Shown: piece after piece, positions 37,703 through 49,869 of the stretch
Layout: every line of letters begins with the position of its first letter
Numbering within the stretch: position 1 is the first letter of the stretch
Assembly: GCA_951406725.2 (NCBI GenBank)
Contig: OX597818.1
Coordinates: forward strand, 71,176,001-71,240,000
Direction of reading: 5' to 3'
DNA: 64,000 nucleotides
DNA from: Octopus vulgaris
Lineage: Eukaryota
The notes under the pieces: model-generated
Seen by the model: only the letters and a program-made list of their open reading frames with translations
Database searches by the model: none
Told to the model about the DNA's origin: nothing
Program-made: the position numbers and the translations under genes

Positions 37703-39764
37703 AAACAGAATAAAAATAGGAAAGCTAAGAGTATTCGTACTTACATTCTTAGACAAATGGGTTTTGACGGCCCCAAACGACAAACGTGCAGATATCCGCA
37801 CGATGCTGGGTGTTCAACTTGTTGATGGCAACTGCACCTCGACTCACTCCCTTATGATTTCTCCCAGTCGTTAGAAACAAATTCCTTTCTACAAGCGCAA
37901 ACACAAATATAATCTTAATGCTACACCAGTAAGCTATGGTAAATTGAAAATATATTATCATGTCACAGATATACAACATTTGCTTACACAATCTCTACCA
38001 CGCTACACCGGTCAGATGGTAAATTGTTTATTGCAGTACAGAAGGCGAAATTACTGAAATTATGCTATTGTGGAAACTAGCCGCGCACCTGCAGCTGACG
38101 GTTCCCGGACTGCGCGGACGCAACACGGGCACGTGCAGACAAGGGAGACAACTCTGTATTAACTATGATTAACAACCTTCACAATTATAGAATTGAAAGC
38201 AATAAATTTATTATAAACATTTTCAAAATAACTTTACCACTCGCTTTACACATAACCGATTCTATCTATTTCAGATAAATAACACTGTCATTAAAAAAAG
38301 ATTCAGAATTCTTTAAAAATTATTGATTCCAAGATTTAATTGTTAAAATTCCTAATTAACATTGAAATGTTCTATTCTGGGCGATTGGTATTCCATGTCG
38401 ATATGGGAACACATCGTCATTCCCTCTCTTTTTCAGCCTCTTTACCTACGTCACGAGGGAAAGTTGTGCGGGTGAAGGATTCCGTCTACCAATACAGAAG
38501 TATTGCCTGTTTCTTTTGTAAATAGAAACCAAAAGCATTAACACAGCTTTAAGGCGAAACAGCGTGCAATATTATTAAAAATAATCTGCACTTTGTCACT
38601 TGCGTACTTTTGCTATGTATCCCTTTACCTGTACTCACTAATCTCTTACCAAAATTTGCAAACGAATGGAAATATTTACCAAACTATGAACCATAACCTG
38701 AATTTTGTGTACTCAGTAAATACGACTACAACAAACCAACTATTTGAACACATTATAAATTATGCTTTTTCTGCATATTAATAATAATACAATCCTACCT
38801 AAAGCCTTCGTTACCATATTAGCAACAACTATATCTGGAATAAAAGTTTTTTACTCTAAAATGGATTCCAATATAAATAAGTTTGATTTTGAAGTATTTG
38901 GGTAATCCAAGAGTTCGTTCCCTTGTTAGATTTTCTCATCGATGGAGAGTAACTATGCTTCGTTTTCAATTCTTTTTCCTTATTACGATTTTATCTTAAT
39001 CATTATTGATTACATTCGTGTATACAAAATACATATAAAATCTCTTTCATTTTTCTGTCCTCTGGATTGTACTGTGACCGGGGAATATACACAACAATGC
39101 ACTTACTGTTCATTAGGTAAGTGTGCTGCAAGATGATTTACTGTTGAGATTTCCCATGGATTTTCTACTTAGAAAGCTGTCAGACTTTCGTATGAGAAGA
39201 GATGTATCTAAAGGAGAAGAGGGGATGTTTGATCTTAACATTATCATTGCATGACACAGCTTCACCATCTGTATTAGCAGTACTTCTTACCTCTACAGAA
39301 GTATAGTCATAACCTTCGTACATGTACTTACAGGTGTATCTTATATTCTGACAGAACAGAGTATGTGCCATATACTTTGTCTAAGTATTCTGGCAAGAAA
39401 ACTTCCACATTTTTTGTCTCCTTGGTCATATTTCTTGATAAATATTTCTTGTTTGTCTTCTCATTTGATCTTTCTGAGCATGTTGTTTCCCCTCTTCCTC
39501 ATTTACAACATCACATTGTTGAGCTCTTTTTTTTTTTTTTTTCCATGGTCTACATATCATCTTGTTGCTTGGCTCTCAATTACTGCATCCTTTCTGCGCC
39601 TCTAAGCCTGATTCAGCTGACTTCAGTCTGTTTTCTTTTCTCATTACGCTTTCCTATTGCAAAACCTTTGATGTTGAATTTTAAGACTGAATGCAAAGAT
39701 ATTTGATATTCAACAAATCAAAGGACTATGAAATAAAAATAACAAAGCAACATCATTAAAGCTA

Positions 39765-40142
39765 TATCTTTTATCTTTACTTGTTTCAGTCATTAGACTG
39801 CAGCCATGCTGGGCCACTGCCTTGGAAGATTTTAGTCAAACAAATCAACTAATACTTATGTTTTTTAAGCCCCTTACTTATTCTGTCAGTATATTTTGCT
39901 GAACCTCTAAGTTACAGGGATGTAAACACACCAACATCAGTTGTCAAGTGGAGTGGGAGTAGAAACAGACACAAACACACACACACACATATATATGATG
40001 GGCTTGTTTCACTCAAGCAAGTCCGCTCACAAGGCCTGAGACAATAGTAAAAGACACCTGCCCAAGATCATCTGCAGTGGGACTGAACCAGCACCATGTG
40101 GTTAGGAAGCAAGCTTCTTACCACACAGTCACAGATGCACCT
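39765..40142 (-). mobile_element. SINE S1, diverged copy
   Basis: Reverse-complement similarity to 33419-33848. Confidence 0.75.
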
Positions 40143-41329
40143 ATAATAGAAACCTAACAGACACTTTTTGAATGTTGAACTTTTGGGAGAGAATGTCCAG
40201 ATTCAGTTTTCTACTCTAAAGAACATACATTAAATCACAGAATTTTTTTAAATATGATGTTAGTCCAACAATACAAAAAGAAAATTAACTCTTTTCCCTC
40301 ACTTCCTTACTGTTACTAAAACTACTTCTCTAACTAACATACCAACCATTACTATTACAAAAAACTACTATAGTTCTCAGTAAATGTGTGTGTGTGGTAA
40401 TTCACTAACATTTTTCTCTTCTCTAACCGCCACCACTAAAATTTCTCTCCCCCACACTGTGGCTGCCATTCCTCTCAGTATAACAAGTCTGCTTTCAATT
40501 GAAAGAATGATCAGAATCTTTATAAGAAAATACTAACATATTAATATTATGATGTAAACAAATAAGAAAGTATTGTAGCCGAAATACACCCAGATGGCTT
40601 GGCTCGGCTTCACCCTTCCCAACCAAACTTCTGCATGCAAGAATGTGCAACTTCATTCAAAATTAGAGAGAAATATTTGTGTTTTGCCAGTAAATGTTTA
40701 ACTGGACACTGTGCCATGGAAGTTCAAGGATCCCAATAGCAAGACACCTACAAAAATAAAATATACATTACATATCAAAAAAATTTACATTGGCTAACAA
40801 ATCAATTTATAAACTTGACAGAAAGAATGAAATTTTTGAAGGCTACAGTGGGTTTGGTGAAAGACAGTTTGAATTGTTCAGAGGACATGAAGAAATAATT
40901 GTAAGAGAAATATCTGGCAAAAAACAAACAACTCTATCGTGTTTTCTTTGTTTTTAGAAATCTTTTGTCCAAGAAATCCTGAACTAAACATAGGTAAGTG
41001 TTTCAGACCATGTGCAAGGGCATTGTAACTGGGCAGCAGCATGATTTATAATGAACATAAGTAGGTATTTTCTAAGGTTCAGTCTCTCTATTATCTTCTT
41101 TTCCTAGTTCCCAATCAATATTCACACAATGTGCGTGTGTGTAACAGTGATTATATATTCCCTTAGCCTGGCAAGATACAAGAAAAACCAACAGTAGTGA
41201 TGGTGCAAAGAAGAAAGCACCCAATAAGTTCTATAAAGTGTTTAGCATTAAGAAAGACAGCAGACACTAGAATCCTCATCAAAGTGCACAACATTGGTGC
41301 AGTCCTCCAGCTTGTCACATCCTGTCAAA

Positions 41330-42040
41330 CCATTTAATCTGAGCAAGTGATTGTATGATGCACGCATACAGACAGCACTTCTACATGGTAGTGAGGTGTG
41401 GGCTTTGGATGCAGAGAACATGCAAAGTTTAGAGGGGAATGAGGCTAGTATACTTTGTTGGATGTGTAATGTAAGTGCACATGTTTGACAGAGTGATAGT
41501 GTATTGAGAGAGAAGTTAGGCATAAGAGAAATTAGATGCAATGTGCAAGAAAAAAGGCTGCACTGGTTTGGTCATGGATGCTGACAGTGCCATAAGAAAG
41601 TAGATGGAACACATGGAAGAGGGAGACGCAGGAAGACATGGGATGAAGTACTGAAGGACGACCTCAAGAAGCTGCACCTTTCAGTTGAGATGACAAAGGA
41701 CTGAGATACCTGACACCTTGCTGCTGTATTCAAGAAGACCCGCACTACATAGCAGAAGTGGTAAGGTCACCCCCCCACCCCACCCCCACCCGGCACATGT
41801 CAAAAGGATTGGCCTGCAAGAGTTGTGTGTTGGCCCAGCATAAAAGGCATCATTCCAGTGCTACATAAGAGCGCTTAAGTGGTGTTTATGCAAAAGCACC
41901 CAGCCCACACTCTGTAAAGTGGTTAGCATTAGGAAAGATATCAAGCCATAGAAACCATGCCAAATCAAAGTCGAGCCAAGTGCAGCTCTAATCAAACTGT
42001 CCAACCCATGTAAAAGAGACAGATGATGATGATGATGGTA
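41330..42040 (+). mobile_element. Old RTE family R1-related 3' fragment
   Basis: Degenerate LYDAC.RTALLHGSE.W and RLHWFGH; (GAT)n tail at ~42022. Confidence 0.7.
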
Positions 42041-42052
42041 GTAGTGTATGTC

Positions 42053-42245
42053 TTTTTACCTGTTTTAGTTATTAGACAGTGGCCATGCAAGGGCAGTGCC
42101 TTTGATGAATTCTAGTCAGACAAATTGACCGAAGGATTTATTTTCTTTCAAGCCTGGTACTTATTCTAACAGTCTCTTTTGCCAAACCACAGGGACATAA
42201 CCAACATCATTTGTCAAGCAGTGATGAGGGGACACACACACATAT
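42053..42245 (-). mobile_element. SINE S1 3' half
   Basis: Similar to 39775-39990. Confidence 0.65.
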
Positions 42246-42419
42246 ATATATAGAATGGACTCTCTTCTCTTTAGATGACATGAGGGTTTGACAATTTCTT
42301 ACTGAACACAGGTGATTTGTTCATAGTGGTCAAATATTTGTGTACACATAAGCTCATTCCCTCCATCAAATCGACATTCCTCGTACAGGGGCAACTACAT
42401 GTCAGATGTCAAAATGATC

Positions 42420-42540
42420 ACAGAGAAATGTGAAATGAAGTGCTTTGCTCAAGAACACAACGCAGCATCTGGACTGGGAATCGAAACCACAACCTCACAA
42501 TTGTGAGTGCAACACCCTAACCACTAACCCATGCACCTAC
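42420..42540 (-). mobile_element. Head of another tRNA-derived SINE
   Basis: Minus strand TAGTGGTTAGGGTG...GGTTTCGATTCCC...GTGTTCTTGAGCAAAGCACTT. Confidence 0.6.
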
Positions 42541-42715
42541 ACACACATATATATATATATATATATATTGTATATATATATAAAAATAAATACATATATA
42601 TATATATATATTGTATATATATATAAAAATAAATACATATATATATATATTGTATATATATATATAAAAATAAATACATATATATATATATTGTATATAT
42701 ATATATATAAAATAA

Positions 42716-42755
<40 letters not shown>

Positions 42756-42971
42756 AGTATGGCGATAACTATTAATTTCCAGTAACGCTGTCGTAATCTC
42801 CTTTAGAGAGACTTAGAAATTTTAATATTTCTATTAATATTAATTTTAATATTTCTATATATATTATATATATATATGTATATATATATATTTGTATTCC
42901 ACCTGCCTTCGTCTTTTGTTTATTTCCGTAAACCTGCCTTCGTCTTTTGTCTATTTTCATAAAGCTTCCCG

Positions 42972-43060
<89 letters not shown>

Positions 43061-43063
<3 letters not shown>

Positions 43064-43584
43064 TCATCATCATCATCGTTTAACGTCCGCTTTCCATGCT
43101 AGCATGGGTTGGACGGTTCAACTGGGGTCTGGCGAGCCTGAAGGCTGCACCAGGCCAGTCAGATCTGGCAGTGTTTCTACAGCTGGATGCCCTTCCTAAC
43201 ACCAACCACTCCGAGAGTGTAGTGGGTGATTTTATGTGCCACCGACACAGGTGCCAGACGAGGCTGGCAGACGGCCACGCTCGGATGGTGTTTTTTATGT
43301 GCCACCGACACAGGTGCCAGACAGTATTTATATATATATATATGTATATATATATATGTATTTATATATATATATATATGTATATATATATGTATTTATA
43401 TATATATATATGTATTTATATATATATATAAACCCATGCTAGCATGGAGAACGGACGTTAAACGATGATGATGATATATGTATATATATATGTATTTATA
43501 TATATATATATGTATTTATATATATATGTATATATATATGTATTTATATATATATTTATATATGTATTTATATATATATGTATG

Positions 43585-43617
<33 letters not shown>

Positions 43618-43895
43618 GTATATATATGTATTTATATATATATGTAAAAGACACGTAAAAGCACCATCCGTTCGTGGCCATTTGCCAGCTCTGTCTGGCA
43701 CCTGTGCAGGTGGCACGTAAAAAACACCCACTACACTCGCGGAGTGGTTGGCGTTAGGAAGGGCATCCAGCCGTAGAAACATTGCCAGATCTGACTGGGC
43801 CTGACGAAGCCTTCCAGCTTCACAGACCCCAGTTGACCCGTCCAACCCATGCTAGCATGGAAAGCGGACGCTAAATGATGATGATGATGATGATG
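43061..43895. mobile_element. Three RTE R1 3'-end fragments in TA tracts (43061-43325 -, 43431-43475 +, 43645-43895 +)
   Basis: CCATGCTAGCATGG palindrome plus (GAT)n tails. Confidence 0.85.
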
Positions 43896-44027
43896 TATAT
43901 ATATATATATGTATATATATGTATTTATATATATATGTATATATATACATGTATATATATATATATGTATATATGTATATGTATATATATACATATATGT
44001 ATATATATATATATGTATATATATGTA

Positions 44028-45693
44028 CTAGCAGTATCGCCTGGCGTTGCTCGGGTTTGTTTCGACCCGCTGGAATTGTAATTTTGAAAAGTAAAAATTT
44101 TGTGAACATTTTTCTGGTCGAAATACACCGAAAAGTGGCGACACAGCAGTGAAAAAATCGTAAAAAATAGGGATTTTCATAGAAAAAAGCATCTTTTTGA
44201 TGTAAATAATTTTTGGTGTTAACATGGTCCGATTTGAATTTTATGTTCTATGGAAGGAAGAGCAACCCTTCTTCTACCATACTCTCAATTTTGGTCAACT
44301 TGCGCCGCAGGGTCTCGGAGGAGATAGTGTTAGTTGAAGGTTACCATTCTAGGTGCCTGAGTAACAACCTCGCGGATTTACAGATAAATGAATTAATTAC
44401 TATTTTACAGAATAAAATTAAATAATTCTTGAAAATTAATTAATATTAATATTTTTTGAACAAAGTAAATAATTTTCAAAACTTAAATAATAATTTTTTT
44501 TACACAAACGCAAACGGGGAAAAGGGGGTGGCGATTTCGATTTACATACCTAAATTTTTTTCTTTTTCATGACATTGTAGCAAAATAGTAGTGAATTATA
44601 TAAATACCAGCAGTACATTTTTTTTTCTGGGGTATTTTTTTTCAACCTCGTCACATATTTGCCCCTTTCAATTTAAACAAAGTCTTAATTAAGCAATTAC
44701 GGCAGCTTAGCAATGGTTTCAATACAGGCGTGACATCTGTATCTCAATTGTTCAAAACCCTTCGAATTTTTTCGCACGTGATGATATCATAGTGAAAACT
44801 TTCAATTACACGCGCTTAGAAGTACGCTGGCAAATTAATACTACCAAAATTTTGAAGTTCGCGCTCCGCTTGTGTGTGTGTGTGTGTGTGTGCGTGCTTT
44901 AGGTGTACGTAGGTATGTGTTTTTGTGTGTGTGTGTCACTGAAGCCATACATACATATATACATACATAACCTCTCTCTCTCTCTTTTCTCTCTCAGTGA
45001 CTCACTACAAAAAGTGAATAAAAAAAGTTCAGTTATTTCTGTCTTTCACTCTGTCTGTCTCTTTACACACACTAACAAAAGCACTTCACTTACACACCAC
45101 ACTTTCTGTGTCGCACAACCCATCAAACACACACACATACACTCACGCACGCACACATGTACATCAATGCTTTCAGAGTGAAATGTTAAAATATTGAGTT
45201 TTCTCGAATTTTGTCTTAATTGGGGGTGAAATTGAAAGAAATATATTATGGCATGACCGAATTGAGTACTTTGAAAAATCTTAGGTAAACTCTAATTGAA
45301 GAAATTGTGTGAGGAGTAAATCGTTATGTATTTATTTGTTTCTGTTTGCTGTGTTTTTTTATTTTTTGAGTAGTAGTTTAAATACTTTCAGTTTAGTCTT
45401 CCTCAAATCACTCTGTCGCTATTTACTTTCATTTTATTCGTTGCACACTGTGTGTGTGCGTTTGCGTGTGGTATATCCCACATTAAGAAAAACATTTGAC
45501 ATATACACCAGAATGTGAGTTTTCTCTAAATTTTGCTTAATTGGGGTTGAAATTTTAAAAACCGGACCTGGCATGACCCGATGCATTCTACTCTTAAAAA
45601 TGCTAGGTAAATTGTAATTGAAGAAATCCTATATTGTAGATTTCTATAACTTACAAAGGGAGGCAGATAAAATCTGCCTTTTATAATAAGAGA
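44028..45693 (-). mobile_element. Non-autonomous Helitron
   Basis: Minus strand A|TC...CCGAGCAACGCCAGG (imperfect hairpin)...CTAG|T; no TSD; internal duplication 45195-45310/45517-45630. Confidence 0.85.
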
Positions 45694-45793
45694 TATATAT
45701 ATATATATGTACTTTGATACTTTGATAGGTTTCGGCCATTATTGGCCCAGGCCATGTCTAACTTAATAGCACCACCTGGTGAAGTCTTTCAAG

Positions 45794-48700
45794 TCAGAAT
45801 TTGGGCACTATGGCCCACTCAAGTAGAGAGTTATTGTTTACAGAGACATATCCGGGTGTAGGGGGTTTATCCGGGATTTCTTGAAGGAATCTGTCCAAAG
45901 ACTTCTTGAACCCTATAGGGTCAGTTTCTGTTTTAATGTGTTTTGGTGTAATGTTAAAGAGAGCGGGGCCAATTGAGGTGAAATAATTGTGCCGTATTGT
46001 TGTTATGAGATGAGAGTGCGATTTTTGTTTTGGGCGGATGGCACGGGGCCCAAGCCTTGGATGTACCTTAAAGGTGATGCCAACATCATTTGGGCAATGC
46101 TGATGGAATATTTTCCACATCATGCAGATGATGTAGCGCTCACGACGATGTTGGAGAGAATAAAGTTTTAGCTTTTCTAGTCGACCCCAATAGTCGAGGC
46201 CTGTCATGCCATCTATCTTTTTTGTGATTGCCCTTTGAGGTGCTTCAACTTTTATGATACTTTGTTTTGTGTGGTGAGACCACAGTGGACAACAGTATTC
46301 AAGGTGGGGTCGGGCAAAAGTGAAGAAGAGAAGGATAATGGTGTGGATATCTCTCGACTGGAAAGTTCTGAGAATCCAGGAACACATTCTGCGGGCCATG
46401 TCAACTTTGGTGTTTATATGAGTGGCCCAGCTTATGTTGTTGTCCACAATTACTCCCAAGTCTCTGATGTTGTTGGATGCCACGAGAGTTTCACCTGAAG
46501 GAAGGGAGTATGGGAGTTTCAGGGCATCCTCTTTTCCAAAGTGGATTAACTCAAATTTATCCTCGTTCAGCAGCATATTGTTTTTTTCTGCCATTGGATA
46601 ACAGCCAGTAGATCTGACTGAAGGCATGTCCGGTCAATCACCTCATTTATGACCTTCTGTAGCTTGGAATCATCTGCAAAGATTTTTATGTTGCTGTGCT
46701 TGATGATGTCATTAATGCCATTAATGTAGATGATGAAAAGAAGTGGGCCCAGCACAGTGCCTTGCGGAACGCCACTACTGACTTTGGCTGGGCTTGATTT
46801 TACCCCTTCAACTACAACATGTTGAGATCTGTCTGTCAGGAAACACTTGATCCATTTCAGTAACTTTCCAGAGACACCAATGTTGGATAGTTTTTTCAAT
46901 AGGATCTTGTGATCAACCCTGTCGAAGGCCTTACTGAAATCAAGGTAGATGACATCGGTGTTGGAGCCCTCTCCCAAAGCTCTCAAAATGTCATCAAAGT
47001 GATGCAGGAGCTGCGTTAGGCAGTCCCTTCCATTACGGAACCCATGTTGGTTAGAGATCAGCCGTCTGTTGCTTTCCAGAAATTGGGTTATTCGAGATCT
47101 CACCACCCTCTCAAATACCTTGATGATATGAGAGGTGAGTGAGATCAGACGGTAGTTCACTGCAAGGGACTTGTTTCCCTTTTTGAAAACTGGGACAACA
47201 GACTGGGACAGAAGGTTTTTTGGAATATAGCCAGCATTCAGTGAGTTTCTCCACAGATTAGCAAGGGGAGATGCAAGCTGGTGTCGACACACTTTCAGGG
47301 CACAAGCAGGGAACCTATCGGGGCCTACTGCTGAATTGTGTTTTATTTCGTTTATCGCCGCTAAGACATCAGGGGCACTAAACGTTATGTCCGATATAGT
47401 GTGTTGGGGGTTGACATCACTGATACAGCCCAGATCGGCCATATCAGGATTGCTGAAAACAGAGCAGTATTGTTTCTGCAGTATCTCGGCCATGGATTTG
47501 GCATTATCTTGGAGAGTGCCAGTTTCATCAATTAGAGGGCCAACAATGGAGACAGTGACCCTGCATTTCCTCGCAAATGAAAAGAACACTTTGGGGTTGA
47601 GTTTGATTTTTTCAATGGTCCACTTCTCATTTGATCTTTGGTTATTGATGAGGGTCTTCATGCATTGTTGGAGGTTATATTTTATGGATTCAAGCAGTGC
47701 GATAGCCATCGAATGTGTGTGTTGCTGTTGGCAGTACTTTAGTTTGTTAATTTTTTTGTTTGTTCTTTTTATTTTTCTGATAATAGTTTTTCTGTTTTGG
47801 GGGATTCTGCACTTTTTGTTCACAGGTCTTGGTGGGGAGTGTTTCGCACATATGTCTGTGACGGTGTCTACAAAGATCTGCCAAGATGTTTTATGGTTGG
47901 TGGAGATGTGTGTATGTGTAAAGGACCAGTCAACATGTGATAGCTCGTTCCTGATTGCATCCCAGTTGGCATTATGGAGATCCATGTTATCAAATGGGTG
48001 GGCTGGAGGGAGGTCACTAGGATTAGCTTTCAGCTGGTGGAATTTCATGTTACAGAGAACCATGTCATGGTCTGAAAGAAGGGTTTTTTCCACTGTAACG
48101 TTATGTATAGTGTTAGTATGGTTACTAAACACTAGGTCCAAAATGTTCTTCTGATGTCTTGTTGGTGCAAGGACAAGTTGGGACAAGAAAAACTTATTCG
48201 TAAAGTCGAAAAGTGACTCTCCTGCTTCTTTGTCAGCGGTTGAGGCAGGAGTGCTTGGTTTCAAACAGTTTGTAGTCCAGTCAACACAGGGTAGATTGAA
48301 GTCTCCCATCATGAGTAGGTTGCTAGAATGGCACTGTTGAATAAAGCACTTAATGCTGTTGAGGCATTCTTTAAAGCACAGTATGAGTGTTTGGGGCGGC
48401 CTATAGAGCCCAATTACTGTCAGGTCATTGGCTTTGTTGTGCACGGTGACTGATTCACAGTAGCCGTTGGAGAATATACTATTTCCATCTGCCGTAAACG
48501 AATCATGCAGGAAAATGGCAGTTCCACCCTTCCTTCTGCCAATACGATCCGCGTGGATGGTTGTGAAATTCTTCACTCTCACTTCGGCTTCCAAGTGGGA
48601 GTTGTCAAGGTGGGTCTCAGTGAGAATGAAGAAAGGGATGTGGTGTGGTTGGTTACCAACCCAGTCTTCAATGAATTGGACCTTCCATCTTTGTGCATTG

Positions 48701-48924
48701 ATGGAAGGGCTGACACCTTGTGCATTGAGTAGAAATGTGGAGGTTAGTGTAGTGGCTGGTTTTGACTGTTGCAGGGGGCTTGGATTTTTTGTGTGTGTTA
48801 GTGACAGCAATGTGGGGAATTGGTGCACTGGGGTAATAGCATAGGATGGTGTTGAGTGATGGCTAGAATATTTTTGTGTATCTCTTTTGCCATGTTCAAC
48901 ATGGCTAAAAAAGAATTTTTCTGC
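45794..48924 (-). CDS. LINE family B ORF2 (APE and RT); one frameshift in the A-run at ~46585
   Basis: LLNAQG, LTETH, YRPP, MGDFNLP, SDH, QHGFR, YLDFSKAFD, GVPQGTVLGP, FADD; C-terminus LDRFLQEIPDKP. Confidence 0.88.
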
Positions 48925-49406
48925 TTAGGGGGCAGTTTTTGGCTGGAGGTGTGGTTGCACTGTTGGATAGGGTTGTAGTTTCCACTTTTGTTGTTGTTGT
49001 TTTTGTGTCTTCCTGAAAAGACTGGACCAGCATTACTGCAGCATGGTGTGTTTTTATTTTTATTTTTATTCAGGTTTGTGTGTTGGCTTGAAGCCCCGTT
49101 TCTGTTTGTGCGTCGGGTCCCTGGAAGATGAGTGAAGGGACAGTCACTCAGTAGACATGTTCTCTCACGTTGGGAATACCGGCAGATTTTGGGACTCCGA
49201 GTTGTGTGTGTTTTGAATTTCGATTTACTATTTGGTGGTGTTGATGTTATTGAGGGATGCGTGCTTTGGCCTTGGCCGGTAGTGCGTCTAGTGCCAGGTA
49301 GATGTGTGAAGATGCAGTCACTATTTGTGCAGAGTCTCTGATGCAGTGAATAATGGCATATTTTGGGGTTTCTTGTTTGTGCCGTGGGGGGCGCATTCTG
49401 CTTCAT
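48798..49406 (-). CDS. LINE family B ORF1 (possibly 5'-incomplete) with two tandem CCCH fingers
   Basis: PKIC-x8-C-x4-C-x3-HLPGTRRT occurs twice. Confidence 0.78.
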   Translation of the reverse strand: MKQNAPPTAQTRNPKICHYSLHQRLCTNSDCIFTHLPGTRRTTGQGQSTHPSITSTPPNSKSKFKTHTTRSPKICRYSQRERTCLLSDCPFTHLPGTRRTNRNGASSQHTNLNKNKNKNTPCCSNAGPVFSGRHKNNNNKSGNYNPIQQCNHTSSQKLPPKQKNSFLAMLNMAKEIHKNILAITQHHPMLLPQCTNSPHCCH

Positions 49407-49626
49407 ATGTTTCTTTAAGTTTTTGTTACTGCAGTAGTATTGAGGTGGTGATGTGGGGGAAGAGAGCAGTGGTTTCTTATTTGGTTTTTTGTTGGTATTT
49501 TTGGTGATAGAAGACGATGGTGGCAGCGGTGGTGATGATGATGATAATTGTGGTGGTTGCCGTGAGAGCAGTGTATATATATGTATATATATATATGTAT
49601 ATATATATGTATATATATATATATGT

Positions 49627-49658
<32 letters not shown>

Positions 49659-49785
49659 GTATATTTATATATGTATATATATGTATATATATATATATGT
49701 ATATATATGCATATATATATATGTATGTATATATATATATGTATATATATATGTATATATATATGTATATATATATATATGTATA

Positions 49786-49832
<47 letters not shown>

Positions 49833-49869
49833 GTATATATATATGTATTTATATCTCTCCTCGATTATT

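Larger units (their letters stand above)
45710..49572 (-). mobile_element. Near-complete LINE family B with (ATCAAAGT)n tail
   Basis: ORF1, APE-RT ORF2, 3' motif 45729-45776. Confidence 0.92.

Noticed and set aside
38030-38480. CpG-rich promoter-like patch
   Set aside because: No associated gene identifiable; may be an old DNA-transposon remnant.
42735-42975. Possible Penelope 3' remnant with a ~20-bp direct repeat
   Set aside because: No hammerhead core or coding relic visible; cannot classify.
47336-48154. 272-aa plus-strand ORF
   Set aside because: Antisense shadow of LINE B ORF2; no recognisable motifs.
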